A stretch of DNA of 64,000 nucleotides from Cyanophora paradoxa CCMP329 (taxonomy: Eukaryota; Plantae; Glaucophyta). Numbering within the stretch: the stretch's first letter is position 1; each line of letters begins with the position of its first letter. The notes below the pieces were generated by a model, which ran no database searches, had not been told where the DNA came from, and was given only the letters and a program-made list of their open reading frames with translations. Where the stretch lies: positions 1 to 64,000 of the forward strand of contig QPMI01000099.1 in NCBI GenBank assembly GCA_004431415.1. Reading direction: 5' to 3'. Shown here piece by piece: positions 49,070 to 61,300 of this stretch. The position numbers were made by a program, and so were the translations under genes.

Positions 49070-50470
49070 CGTCGACACCGACGTCCGCCCGGACGCGTAG
49101 CACTCGAATTCGTTCTCCTCCTTCCATATTTATCGAGTTCAGCCATAAACCCTTCGCACCTCGCCGCGCCGTGTGCGATCCACTCCCGTCCTGTGTCCGA
49201 CGCTAATTGTAACGCTACCTGTAACGCTCAGCGCGGTTATTGTTTTCGCATTTTTTTGCAATGCAATTCTTTCAAAATCGCGGTGAGCCGCGGAAAGAAT
49301 ATCTAAACCAGATCACATGGAAAGGATATCTATACCAAGAATATCTAAACCAGATCACATGGAAAGGATATCTATACCACGCATTCACATACTCTATCTT
49401 TAACGGGCTGCGCTTTGCTTGCCGCGTTCGCTCCGATCCATCCACTCCGACCACGAGCCCTTGACCGTCGACGTCGGACGATCGGGGACGCTATATATGT
49501 ATTCTATATATACTAGGGGCCCGGCCGCGATTCTCGCGCCGGGGGTGCAAGGGGGGAACCGGGATCTAATGAAAGAGTCGTAGTGGCACGCACATGCGCG
49601 CGGCAGAACGACCCCGGCCCAGTGCCGAGCGCAACAAGAGCGCCCGGCCCGGCCGGCGTGCTCGGCTGCGGGCAGCGGCGCACGCGGTTCTGTGGTATAA
49701 GCTCGATTTCGGAGACGTGCTGAGCGCAGCAAGAGAGCACGGTCTAGATCTGCACGGCCGGGCGTGCTCGGCTGCAATCAGCGGCGCAGCTAGGATCCGG
49801 TCTTCCTCAATAGGGAGAACTGGTTCCATGCATAACCGCGCAAGAAATTCGAAGACCGGAGTGAGGAGAAGTTCGTTTTCCCCTCGAAAACCACTTTTTC
49901 CCCTCGACTTTGACGCTCGAAAGTCGAAAGCTGACCGGTCCACCGAGCCAATCGGATCGCGAATAAAGCATCATTTTTTTCTGGTGTTGCATACTGGACC
50001 TCGAAAACGGCCTCATAGAAAACTTTTGGCTGAAGCGAGGGAACGGGAAGCCAGGGGCGAAATCGGCGCGGCTATTCGCACTTCGAATTCTTTCCCACTA
50101 ATATTGTTTTCGCACCGGGCCGGAACCCTTGCATATATACTATGATATATATACTTGCTGTGGTGTCCACACCGCTTCTGTTGGTGTCGACGTCGACGTC
50201 CGGACGCGTAGCTTAGCATTCGAAATCGTTCTCCTCCTTCGAATTCCATATTTATCGAGTTCAGCCATAAACCCTCCCTTTGCACCTCGCCGCGCCCTTC
50301 GCGATCCACTCCCTTTGCGATCCACTCCGTCCTGTGTCCGACGCTAATTGTAACGCTGCCTGTAACGCTCAGCGCGGTTATTGTTTTCGCAATTTTTCGC
50401 AATGCAATTCGTGGATAACATTTGGAAAGAATATCGATATCTAGATCATATCATACGGAAAGGATATCTA
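49070..50470 (+). repeat. Diverged direct repeat of the H+-PPase 3' flank (~49070-49335 vs ~50186-50470), with an internal exact 42-bp tandem (49295-49378)
   Basis: Shared blocks ttccatatttatcgagttcagccataaaccct, gtcctgtgtccgacgctaattgtaacgct and cagcgcggttattgttttcgca occur in both copies. aagaatatctaaaccagatcacatggaaaggatatctatacc is present twice in tandem. Confidence 0.85.
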
Positions 50471-52343
50471 CACCCGCATTCCCCATCCTTTTTCGCATCA
50501 ATTTCGGTCACTATAGCTAAGCCTTCAGATTCAAGCGCTTCGCACATTGCCGCGCCCAACTGGCTATTCGGACTTCTTTTCAATTAATATTAATGCTGTT
50601 ATTGCACCGGTCCGGGTGCCTCGCGCCTTGCATGTGCAGTGCACGTTGCGCAGGCTGACTGCAAGTCACTTTTGTCAATGTTCCGCAATTGCAAAACAGA
50701 GATAGTTGTACGTTTAATTCAAAGAATCAATGCGCGTCTATCATGATCAGGCCCTAGCTATATATAGGCGAGTGAGAGTTTTCTCTCTGCGGATCATATC
50801 GGATGCAGCGAACTTAACTTAGCAAACAGCCAGATTCGTAAGGCCAACAACTTTTACTTTGTAGGAATTTCGAAGCGTTTTTGGATTCCTAAGATCTGGA
50901 GCCAATCTGAGTGGCAATCTCGTGCAATCTGCGACTTTCCTCCGCGGGTTATCTCCCCCCCCCCCCCCCCTCCCGCCCAGCCAAATAGAGTTAACGTTGT
51001 AGGGACCTGTCTGTTGCGAGCCTCGGAGCTGGCTGTTGGCACCTTGCGTACTCGTTGTTTCGGATCGGCATTATATAACAAGCGAGTCCCTGCGGAGCAG
51101 GAGTGGCCTTGGGTCTTGGGGCTTCAAGGCGTGAGGGTGGCAGCTCTTTGTTTTTAAATTGGGGCCCGCAACCGCGCGCGGTTACGGGGGAGGCCTAGGG
51201 GGGAGGAGAAATAGGGGGTCCACTCGGCAAGGGTACCCACTCAAGTGAGAGGGTACAGAATGTGCTGCAAGGGTACAGATATCAATGCGGGGCCCAATCG
51301 GCCGCAGTTGTACCGAGTACAGGCCCCGAGAGGCCCATTGGTCGTTTCAGCCGAATGAAAACGACTTTCGGGCAAGTTTCGAATTTCGGCGCTTTTTAAA
51401 ACTTTGGAGGTGGTTAATAATTATCTATGAATCATTCGAATGTAATTCGCAGTAATAAGGCTCTGTCTAAATTGTTTATTTTGATAATCTTTAAACTAAC
51501 GCATCAAGTATATTCAAAACCCACCTCGTGGCACACAACGACTCTGTCTCATACAAATTTGCTGGCCGGCCACGTGGCGCTACGTTAATTTGGAAACTAT
51601 TTCCTAGCGAATGAGGTACGGTCTCTTGAAAATAATAATTTTCAAATTTCGACTTGGAAGGCCAATGTGATTTGCGATTTCTATTTTTTTCCGGGAAAAT
51701 GCTTTTCTGTGCTTTTCGACGTGCTGTTACTGCCCATTAGAGGCCTCTCATAGGAAAACGGGCCGGACCATCGTGCTCCCCAGGGTCTAAAATGGGGTAG
51801 TAGGTGTCTTCAAATATACGAATTTCGCTTTCTAAAATTTTGTGACAAGTGACCAACAGACCTAAGGGCCTCTCCTTTCCCCAAGGCCGATTCGGAATCG
51901 CACACGCAGACGATCGCGACGGCATTGCTCAGAGACACGTGCACACAATGTAGCATCAGAACAATTTACACACAGCCTTCTAGGCTAAGTGAAGTGCAAC
52001 TAATACTGCAGAGTGAAAAGGATGCCATGACGCATGTCGCGCGGATGAGCGTCTGTAGCTTCTTTCCTGACAGATCTAAATTGCGAAAAGTATCGAAAGG
52101 TGACAGTTGTCTTGATTTCCCTAGTACTAGTGTTGCAGTGTAAAAGCAGACTCAGTACTAGTGACTCTGAGAGTAAACGTATACTTGCGCTAGCCTACCC
52201 GCGACGGCCGAGTGGAGCCTCGGAGCCTAACCTCGAAGTCGACGCCGAAATGTTTTAAGCGCGTGCGCGCAATAACACATTGCGATATAGATGTAATACT
52301 ACGCTGTATACGTGTGCGTATGCGGATTGGACAGTCTGCAAAA

Positions 52344-55300
52344 TTAGAGTTGCACCGAGTGCACAAGAGAGGCTTCGGAGAGGGCCGGGCCGATCGGGAA
52401 CGGAGCGCTGTCGGCGGAGAGGCCGGAGCCGCGCGAAATGGCGCGGACGATGAGGCCGCTGGCCGAGGCCACCGCGCCCGCGGGCAGCGCGTACGAGCGC
52501 GCGTCCCCGGGGACTGTCGCGAGGAGGACAGAGGGCGCCGCATACGCCCCGACAGCAGCCCACACCTGCGAATCGTTATAATTAGCGGCCGCTCGATTCG
52601 AACGACTTCAGCAAAGGAGGCGCCGCGGGAGACGGCGGCTCGCCTCGTACTGGGCAACGGGCGTCCGCCTGTAGGTCTCGGGGTGGTCCCACGACAGGGC
52701 GAGCTCGCCGGAGCGGCCCTCCCGCACGCGGAGGTTGCGGGGCGCGCCGCTGTCGCCGCGCGCGCCGGCGCCGCCGCCGTAGCGGAGGGCCGGGACGTCC
52801 TTGCTCGCCTCGCCGGCCACCGCGCCGTCGGCGGAGACGGGGACGACCCTGAAGTAGGAGGCGGCGTTCGGGTTGAGGCCGCGGGCGGCGAAGGTGTAGT
52901 TCGAGCCGCCGTAGCCGGCCGGTACGGTGGCGGTCTTGTTGCCGTTGACCAGCACGGCGAACCTGCGTTGCTCTCGGTGAGAGGCGAGCAGGCGAGTTTC
53001 CGGAGACGAGAATATTTCGCGGACCCGGCGACGGACGCCGAAGCGGCCGCGGTCCACGCGAGCGCGGCCTCGGTGCCGGACGCGGACGAAGTGACGGCGA
53101 GGTTGACGCCGCCGCTGGAGGACGGGATGCCGGCGGCGAGCGGCGGCGAGGCCGGGCCGACGGCGCCGTTCTCGTCGACGGGCGCCACTTGGAAGACGGC
53201 CGTGCCGTCCTTGGGCAGGCTGGAGACGTCGATGGAGGTCTGGCCGCCCGGCACCGAAGCCGCGACCTGGCCGTTCCTGAGGACCTGGAAGGCGGCCGGG
53301 GCGCCCGCCTGCGGGCGGCTCCACGAGAGCGTGCCCGACGTGCCGCCGAACATGCCCAAGGAGACGTTGGTCAGCTGGAGGCCGCTCGGGGCGAGGGCGG
53401 CCGCCGAGGCGCCGGCCGTGCCCGAAGAAGCGCCGTACACCGCGAGAGGGGCGGCGACCGACGGCGCGGCGCCGGCGGCCGCAGCGGAGGGCGAGAGCGG
53501 CCCCACGGAAAGGGCGACCGGCCCGCCGGTTGGGAGGCCCTTCGCCACGAACGAGCCGGCGCCCGCAGGCGAGGCCGGCGCCGTGCCGATCTGGCGCCCG
53601 TTCGCGAGGACGGCGAACCTGCAGGCGAAGATCAGAGCCCAAATAATCCGCGAAGTACGCTTCGCGCACCCAGAGCCAGCGGCGGCGGCGGCGGCTGACG
53701 CCGCGGTCCAGTTGAGGACGGCGCTCGAGCCGTTGGCCGCCGCCGGAGCGGCGGTGAGCACGGGGGCGCCGCCGCCGAAACCGGAGGGCGAGCCGACGAC
53801 GGCAGACATCGGGTACGACGGCGGGCCGGCCACGCCGGAGGCGTCAACGGGGACGACCTGCAGGACGGCGGGGCTGTTCGCCGCGAGGCCCGAGATGGGC
53901 GCCGATGCCTGGAAGCCAGGGACGGATCCCACGGCCGCGCCGTTTTGCATGATCTGGTAGCTCGCCGGGGCGCCAGCGGCGGGCGGGCTCCAGGAAAGGG
54001 TCGCGGAGCCGCTGCCAGCAGCAGACGCGCTGCTGAGCTGCAGGCTCGAGGGAGCGAGAGGGCTCGGGGCCGGGGCGCCAGGTCCAGCGCCCACGCCGCC
54101 GGCGCCGCCCGCACCAGCACCGGGGCCGCCGTACCCAGGCCCAGCTCCGGCGCCCGAGCCGGGGTAGCCCGTAGCGGCGCCATAGCCGCCCTGCGCGCCG
54201 GCGCCCGCGCCGGCCGCGGGCGCGGCAGTGGTTGTGTACGCAGAGCCCGCCGACGGGCCGAAGAGGCCGGCGCCGAGGCCGGAGAGCGCCCCGTTCGCCT
54301 TCGCGGCGGCGAGGCCGGCAGCGGCGAGGGCCACGAGTCCGATGGGGATGACGGTGCCGAGGATAACACCAAGCTGCAAACGAAAGTGCGAAAATTCGAC
54401 GTCAGACCCGGATTCTAGATCTAGACAAAACAAGCATAAGAGATCGGAGAATAGAGCGCACGTTCCGCGGCTTCCCGGAGTCAGGGTCGCCCGAGCCGCC
54501 GTTGTTGGGGTCGAGGTTGGAGACGGGGATGTTGGGGCTCACGAAGGACGGATTGATCGGGAGCCACACGAAAGTCTGCCCGCGAGAACAACAAACAATA
54601 AGAAGAGAAAGAGCATTGATGTTAATGCGCAGTGTTTAAATCACGCACGTCCTTGAAGGTGACGGGGTCGAACGCGGGCGGGTCGGCGGTAGAGGTCACG
54701 CGGACGTCGTTGGGCTTGTTCAGCCTGCGCGAGAGCGCTCGCGAGAGCGAGCAGAACGATGCTCGTGAAAGCGCGCACTCGAAGTTGGTCAGTAGTTGGA
54801 CAAGCTTCCGCCCGCGGAAGGGACGGCGCCCGGGGAATTGGGGAGCCGCTGTTTATCGCATCACGATCAGCGTCCGCTACGGAAGGCGCACGAAGATACA
54901 AATTAAACACGACGCAAAGATACTCACTGAAGACGAGAGTCGTACTGCTCACAAAGTCCGCCTTCAGCGCGTCGATCTCCTGTCCGTCGCGGATGATTTT
55001 CTGCGGTTCCACGTAATTAAAGAGGTGGGCCACAGCAATGTCCGCAAATTATCGCGTACAACGTTGATGGGCTCGCCGACGGGGAAGTTCTCGCCGTTGA
55101 TCGTGTAGACGTCGCCTCCGCCCTGCGCGGTCGCCATCGCTGTCAGATCACACGCGACGACGTTCGTGCAACGACCGCGGGCGCGGGGCGGACGAAGGGC
55201 GAGACGAGGAAGGGTCTTGGGAAGAAAAGGTCTGCCGAGCCGTCCGGGTTGTACACGATCCTGTAAACCTGCGTGCCGTGCGCGTGTTAGTCAAAGCAGA

Positions 55301-58300
55301 AAGGGACACATTGCAATATTCACTTGCTAAAGCCTTCAAATAAGTGCACGCACCGGAGTGGAGCCCGGAGCCGTATCGTTGATGACTTCCGAACCGTTGT
55401 TCCCGACAATCCTCGTGAATTTCATGCCCTTCGTGATTTTCTGAACACCCACAATTAAATTGCGTTTACAAAGCTATGTTGCGAGAAAGCTCGGAGCGCA
55501 CGTCGGTCTTCCACATGTGAGCCTGCACACGTGCGCCCATTTAAGTAGACGGCGATTTGGAATAAGCAATTCATGCAAGTGCGCACGTTCTTCAACGTAG
55601 AAGCTTCGAACTCGCCGTCAGCAGACCAGCTGTTTCCAGACCGAGTCAGCGAGTATGTGCGGGGTGCTTAAACACAAATGGAGTGCACATGAGGAGATCA
55701 TTCCACTTGTCCATCAAGAAAGGAGGGCTCTGGGCATCCGGGAAGGCAGGAGCGCCTGTACATGTGCGCGCGGCGCATCTGACCACGACAGACCAAAACG
55801 GAGTCGACAGCATTGATAGAACGCACGGAAAGTGATCTGCGTGCTGCTGCTGATCTTCGGGTCCAAGACGTCGAGACGCCCAGTTTTCCCGTCCGTCTCC
55901 TTGATGAGGGTGATGCGAACGTTCTTGCCCGCGGGCAGGTCGGACCCAAACACCGCGAAGTTCTCGCCGCCGTCCTGGCGAAGGCAGCATGAGATGAAGA
56001 ACAAACATTTAAAAACAAAAGATATAAAATTCGACGCTCACGCGACGGGAAAGGAAAGCGGGCTGAACGGTGACCTTGTCGTCGTCGGCGGCGGTCTTGA
56101 TGTGCGGTGCAATCTGCCTCTTCCCGTTGGCGACGACCGACCCGGTCATCTTGTCAGCGCTAGGCTCCGCGTCACGAGTGAAGGTCGTATTCGCGGCGCG
56201 CGTAATGTTGAGCCGAGGCAGAGCCTTCCACACGTGCGCCTGCGGACCAAATCCAAGGCATTTATATCGCATGGAGGACACGAGAGAAGAGTTGCCCACG
56301 GGCTCGAATTCGACGAACCTTGAAGATGGTCGTCGTCACGAAGCCACCCGAGGTCGACTCCAGGAGGAGGTCGTTCAGGACATTGATCTGGAAGGGCGGG
56401 CTCTTGTCCGAGGGGAACGGCGGCGCCCCTGAACGACGCGATCGGGAAACCAAGTGTGAATAAATGGCCTCCAGCCAGAGTCTCGGGACGATCGCGACCC
56501 AAGCGTGCGCGCACGGAAAGTGATGACCCGAGACGAGATTATCTTCGGGTCGATGGCGGCCACCTTGCCCGTGTCCTTCACAATCGTGACGGTGATCGGG
56601 AAGCCGGTAGGGAAGCTCATGCCCTCCAGCTGGAACGTCTCCCCGCCGGCCTAGCATCCGCATAAGAAAACTCGAAGCCTTATGAACTACGTAAAGACGT
56701 TTCGACGCACCCGACCCGAGATGAGCGCCGCGTCAGGAGCAGTGTCGGGCAGCGTGATCTTGCCCGCGGGCAAGTCCTTCTGCGACTCCAGCACGTCCTT
56801 GGGACCGACCTGTGCAACGTCAGCAAATTCGAAGTCTCGAGTCAGTCAAAAGTTCTTGTCAGTCTCGAGAAGTTTTATATATTCGAAACGAACCTTTCCA
56901 ACGTTGAGGGGCTTTGGCGTAAACCAGACGTGAGCCTACACGTATTCATCTCTTTGTGAGCGACGTGATTCTCACGTCGAGAATCATTTAATTTCGCACA
57001 TTCTTGATCACGGTGGGAACGAAATTCGGGGGCATGTTCGCGCTCTCGAGGATCAGGTCGTTGAGGATGTCCAGCTGGAACGGAGGGCTCTGCGCATCCG
57101 GGAACGGCGGCGCAGCTAACAAGGCACGACGGGCCGAATGTCAGTTTTCGGCGGTGCGACCGGAATACCTGCAGCCGCGAGCGACGCACTGAACGTGATC
57201 GTCTTGGCGTCGACGATCTTCGGGTTGATGGCCTCGACTTTTCCGGCCTCCTTCACGATCCAGATTCTAATGGGCTCTCCAACCGGGAAGCCGACACCTT
57301 TGACGGTGAAAGGCTCGCCACCGGCCTGTTGAAGATTGTCAGAGTGAAGTAGCGCATTTTCTAACTTCAGAAACCGCGTTGCACACCTTGAGGGAATAGA
57401 GAGAGGCCTCCGGCAGATTAACGTACGATCCTCCGGCAGACTTGAGCGAGTCCGGAACGTCTGTCTCTCCTACTTTCACGAGATTCAGAGGCGACTTGCT
57501 CTGCCACACATGCGCCTGCAGAACGGATAGCGCGCGTATCGGTCAGATTATCCAATAGTGTGAACTGCCTGGAACTTGCACTTGCGCACGTTCTTGATCG
57601 TAATAGGATCGAAAGCTGCGGGGGAGTCTGCGCTCTCTAAGAGCAGGTCGTTGAGGATGTCCATCAGGAATGGAGGGCTCTGCGCATCCGGGAACGGCGG
57701 CGCCTCTGCGAACGCAGCAAGTCCCGGAACGTGTCAGCCGCGCAAACACGTCCGCGTGCAAACAATCGCTGATAGTGCATGGCGCATATGATAGGCAGAT
57801 GAACGCATATATACAGAACGCACTGAACGTGATGGTCTTGGCGTCCACTACCTTCGGCTCAATGGCCTCCACCTTGCCCGTGTCCTTGACGATCCAGACC
57901 TTGATGGGCTTGCCGGCAGGGAAGTTGACGCCCGTGATAGAGAACAATTCACCGCCGGGCTGGATGCGAATCAGGCATCCGAAGCTTCGGCAAAAGGTTC
58001 CCGGACGGTATTTGAATGGTGCTGACCTTGGCCGAGACGAGCGCCGGATTGGGAGGCGAGGTTGCCGGGAACGTAATGCGCTCGGGCGACTTGATGGGAG
58101 CCGGCACGCCCGTCGAGCCGACGGCGGTGATGGCGACCTTGCTAGTCCAGATGTGCGCCTGCGAAAGAACGGGTTCCGCGTGGGTTGTTACCCGATTCCT
58201 ACTCGATCAAGGTACAGCACATTCATCTATAAACCGTCTTTAATGCTAGAATTACGGATCTAGAATTTCTCACGTTCTTGATCGTGATCGGCTCGAAGGC

Positions 58301-61300
58301 TGCGGGAGAGTCCGCGCTCTCCAGGAGCAGGTCGTTCAGGACGTCCAGCAGGAACGGAGGGCTTTGCGCATCCGGGAACGCCGGCGCCTCTGCGAACGCA
58401 GCAAGTCCCGGAACGTGTCAGCCGCGCAAACACGTCCGCGTGCAATTGCAAACAATCGCTGAGAGTGCATGGCGCATATGATAGGCAGATGAACGCATAT
58501 ATACAGAACGCACTGAACGTGATGGTCTTGGCGTCCACTACCTTCGGCTCAATGGCCTCCACCTTGCCCGTGTCCTTGACGATCCAGACCTTGATGGGCT
58601 TGCCGGCAGGGAAGTTGACACCCGTGATAGAGAACAATTCACCGCCGGGCTGGATGCGAATCAGGCATCCGAAGCTTCGGCAAAAGGTTCCCGGACGGTA
58701 TTTGAATGATGCTGACCTTGGACGAGACGAGCGCCGGATTGGGAGGCGAGGTTGCCGGGAACGTAATGCGCTCGGGCGACTTGATGGGAGCCGGCACGCC
58801 CGTCGAGCCGACGGCGGTGATGGCGACCTTGCTAGTCCAGATGTGCGCCTGCGAAAGAACGGGTTCCGCGTGGGTTGTTACCCGATTCCTACTCGATCAA
58901 GGTACAGCACATTCATCTATAAACCGTCTTTAATGCTAGAATTACGGATCTAGAGTTTCTCACGTTCTTGATCGTGATCGGCTCGAAGGCTGCGGGGGAG
59001 TCCGCGCTCTCCAGGAGCAGGTCGTTCAGGACGTCCAGCAGGAACGGAGGGCTCTGGGTCTTCTCCGGGAACTCCGGTGCCGCTGCAAGGACGCAGGACG
59101 GCGTCAGCTGCCACAGACACGTGCGCTCGAGATGCAGAACTTGACAGATTCGCGCACTGAACGTGATGGTCTTATCGTTGAAGATCTTAGGATTGATAGT
59201 CTCGAGCTTGCCGGTGTCCTTCACGAGCCAGAGTTTGATGGGCTTGCCGACAGGGAAGTTGACACCCGTGATAGAGAACAATTCACCGCCGGGCTGGATG
59301 CGAATCAGGCATCCGAAGTTTCGGCAAAAGGTTCCCGGGCGGTATTTGAATGGTGCTGACCTTGGCCGAGACGAGCGCCGGATTGGGAGGCGAGGTTGCC
59401 GGGAACGTGATGCGCTCGGGCGACTTGATGGGAGCCGGCACGCCCGTCGAGCCGACGGTGGTGATGGCGACCTTGCTAGTCCAGATGTGCGCCTGCGAAA
59501 CAAACGTTAACGCTATCTCGTGATTTCTTTCACGATTCCTACTCAGTCACGCTACAGTGCATTTATCTATAACCCGTCTTGAACGATACACTCGTGTCTA
59601 AGAATCGGAAACGGGTTTAGAGTTTCTCACGTTCTTGATCGTGATCGGCTCGAAGGCTGCGGGGGATTCCGCGCTCTCCAGGAGCAGGTCGTTGAGGATG
59701 TCCAGCAGGAACGGAGGGCTCTGGGTCTTCTCCGGGAACTCCGGTGCCGCTGCAAGGACGCAGGACGGCGTCAGCTGCCACAGACACGTACGCTCGAGAT
59801 GTGTAACGCGACAAATCCACGCACTGAACGTGATGCTCTTATCGTTGAAGATCTTAGGATCGATGGTCTCGAGCTTGCCGGTGTCCTTCACGAGCCAGAC
59901 CTTGATGGGCTTGCCGACAGGGAAGTTGACACCCGTGATAGAGAACAATTCACCGCCGGCTGGATGCGAATCAGAGATCCGGAGCTTCAGCAAAAGGGTC
60001 CCGGACGGTATTCGAATGCTACTGACCTTGGCCGAGACGAGCGCCGGATTGGGAGGCGAGGTTGCCGGGAACGTGATGCGCTCGGGCGACTTGATGGGAG
60101 CCGGCACGCCCGTTGAGCCGACGGCGGTGATGGCGACCTTGCTAGTCCAGATGTGCGCCTGCGAAACAAACGTTAACGCTATCTCGTGATTTCTTTCACG
60201 ATTCCTACTCGAGCTCAGTCACGCTACAGTGCATTTATCTATAAACCGTCTTGAACGATACACTCGTGTCTAAGAATCGGAAACGGGTTTAGAGTGTCTC
60301 ACATTCTTGATCGTGATCGGCTCGAAGGCTGCGGGGGAGTCCGCGCTCTCCAGGAGCAGGTCGTTGAGGATGTCCAGCAGGAACGGAGGGCTCTGGGTCT
60401 TCTCCGGGAACTCCGGTGCCGCTGCAAGGACGCAGGACGGCGTCAGCTGCCACGCGTACGGACACGTACGCTCGAGATGTGTAACGCGACAACTCCACGT
60501 ACTGAACGTGATGGTCTTATCGTTGAAGATCTTAGGATCGATGGTCTCGAGCTTGCCGGTGTCCTTCACGAGCCAGAGCTTGATGGGCTTGCCGACAGGG
60601 AAGTTGACACCCGTGATTGAGAACAATTCACCGCCGGGCTGGATGCGAATCAGACATCCGAAGCTTCGGCAAAAGAGTCCCGGGCGGTATTCGAATGCTA
60701 CTGACCTTGGCCGAGACGAGCGCCGGATTGGGAGGCAAGGTTGCCGGGAACGTGATGCGCTCGGGCGACTTGATGGGAGCCGGCACGCCCGTTGAGCCGA
60801 CGGCGGTGATGGCGACCTTGCTAGTCCAGATGTGCGCCTGCGAAACAAACGTTAACGCTATCGCGTGATTTCGTTCTCGATTCCTACTCAATCACGCTAC
60901 AGTGCAGTTATTGATAACCCGTCTTGAACGATACACTCGTGTCTAAGAATCGGAAACAGGTTGAGAGTGTCTCACATTCTTGATCGGGATCGGCTCGAAG
61001 GCTGCGGGGGAGTCCGCGCTCTCCAGGAGCAGGTCGTTGAGGATGTCCAGCAGGAACGGAGGGCTCTGGGTCTTCTCCGGGAACTCCGGTGCCGCTGCAA
61101 GGACGCAGGACGGCGTCAGCTGCCACGGACACGTACGCTCGAGATGCGGAACTGGACAGATTCGCGCACTGAACGTGATGGTCTTATCGTTGAAGATCTT
61201 AGGATTGATAGTCTCGAGCTTGCCCGTGTCCTTCACGAGCCAGAGCTTGATGGGCTTGCCGACAGGGAAGTTGACACCCGTGATAGAGAACAATTCACCG

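Noticed and set aside
50600-51950. AT-rich intergenic block as a transposon or ncRNA
   Set aside because: I could not identify termini, TSD, ORF or RNA consensus; it needs a genome-wide repeat search.
52212-53960. 582-aa plus-strand ORF and other long antisense ORFs over the FN3 region
   Set aside because: Shadow ORFs of a high-GC coding region; splice signals and domain motifs support the opposite strand.
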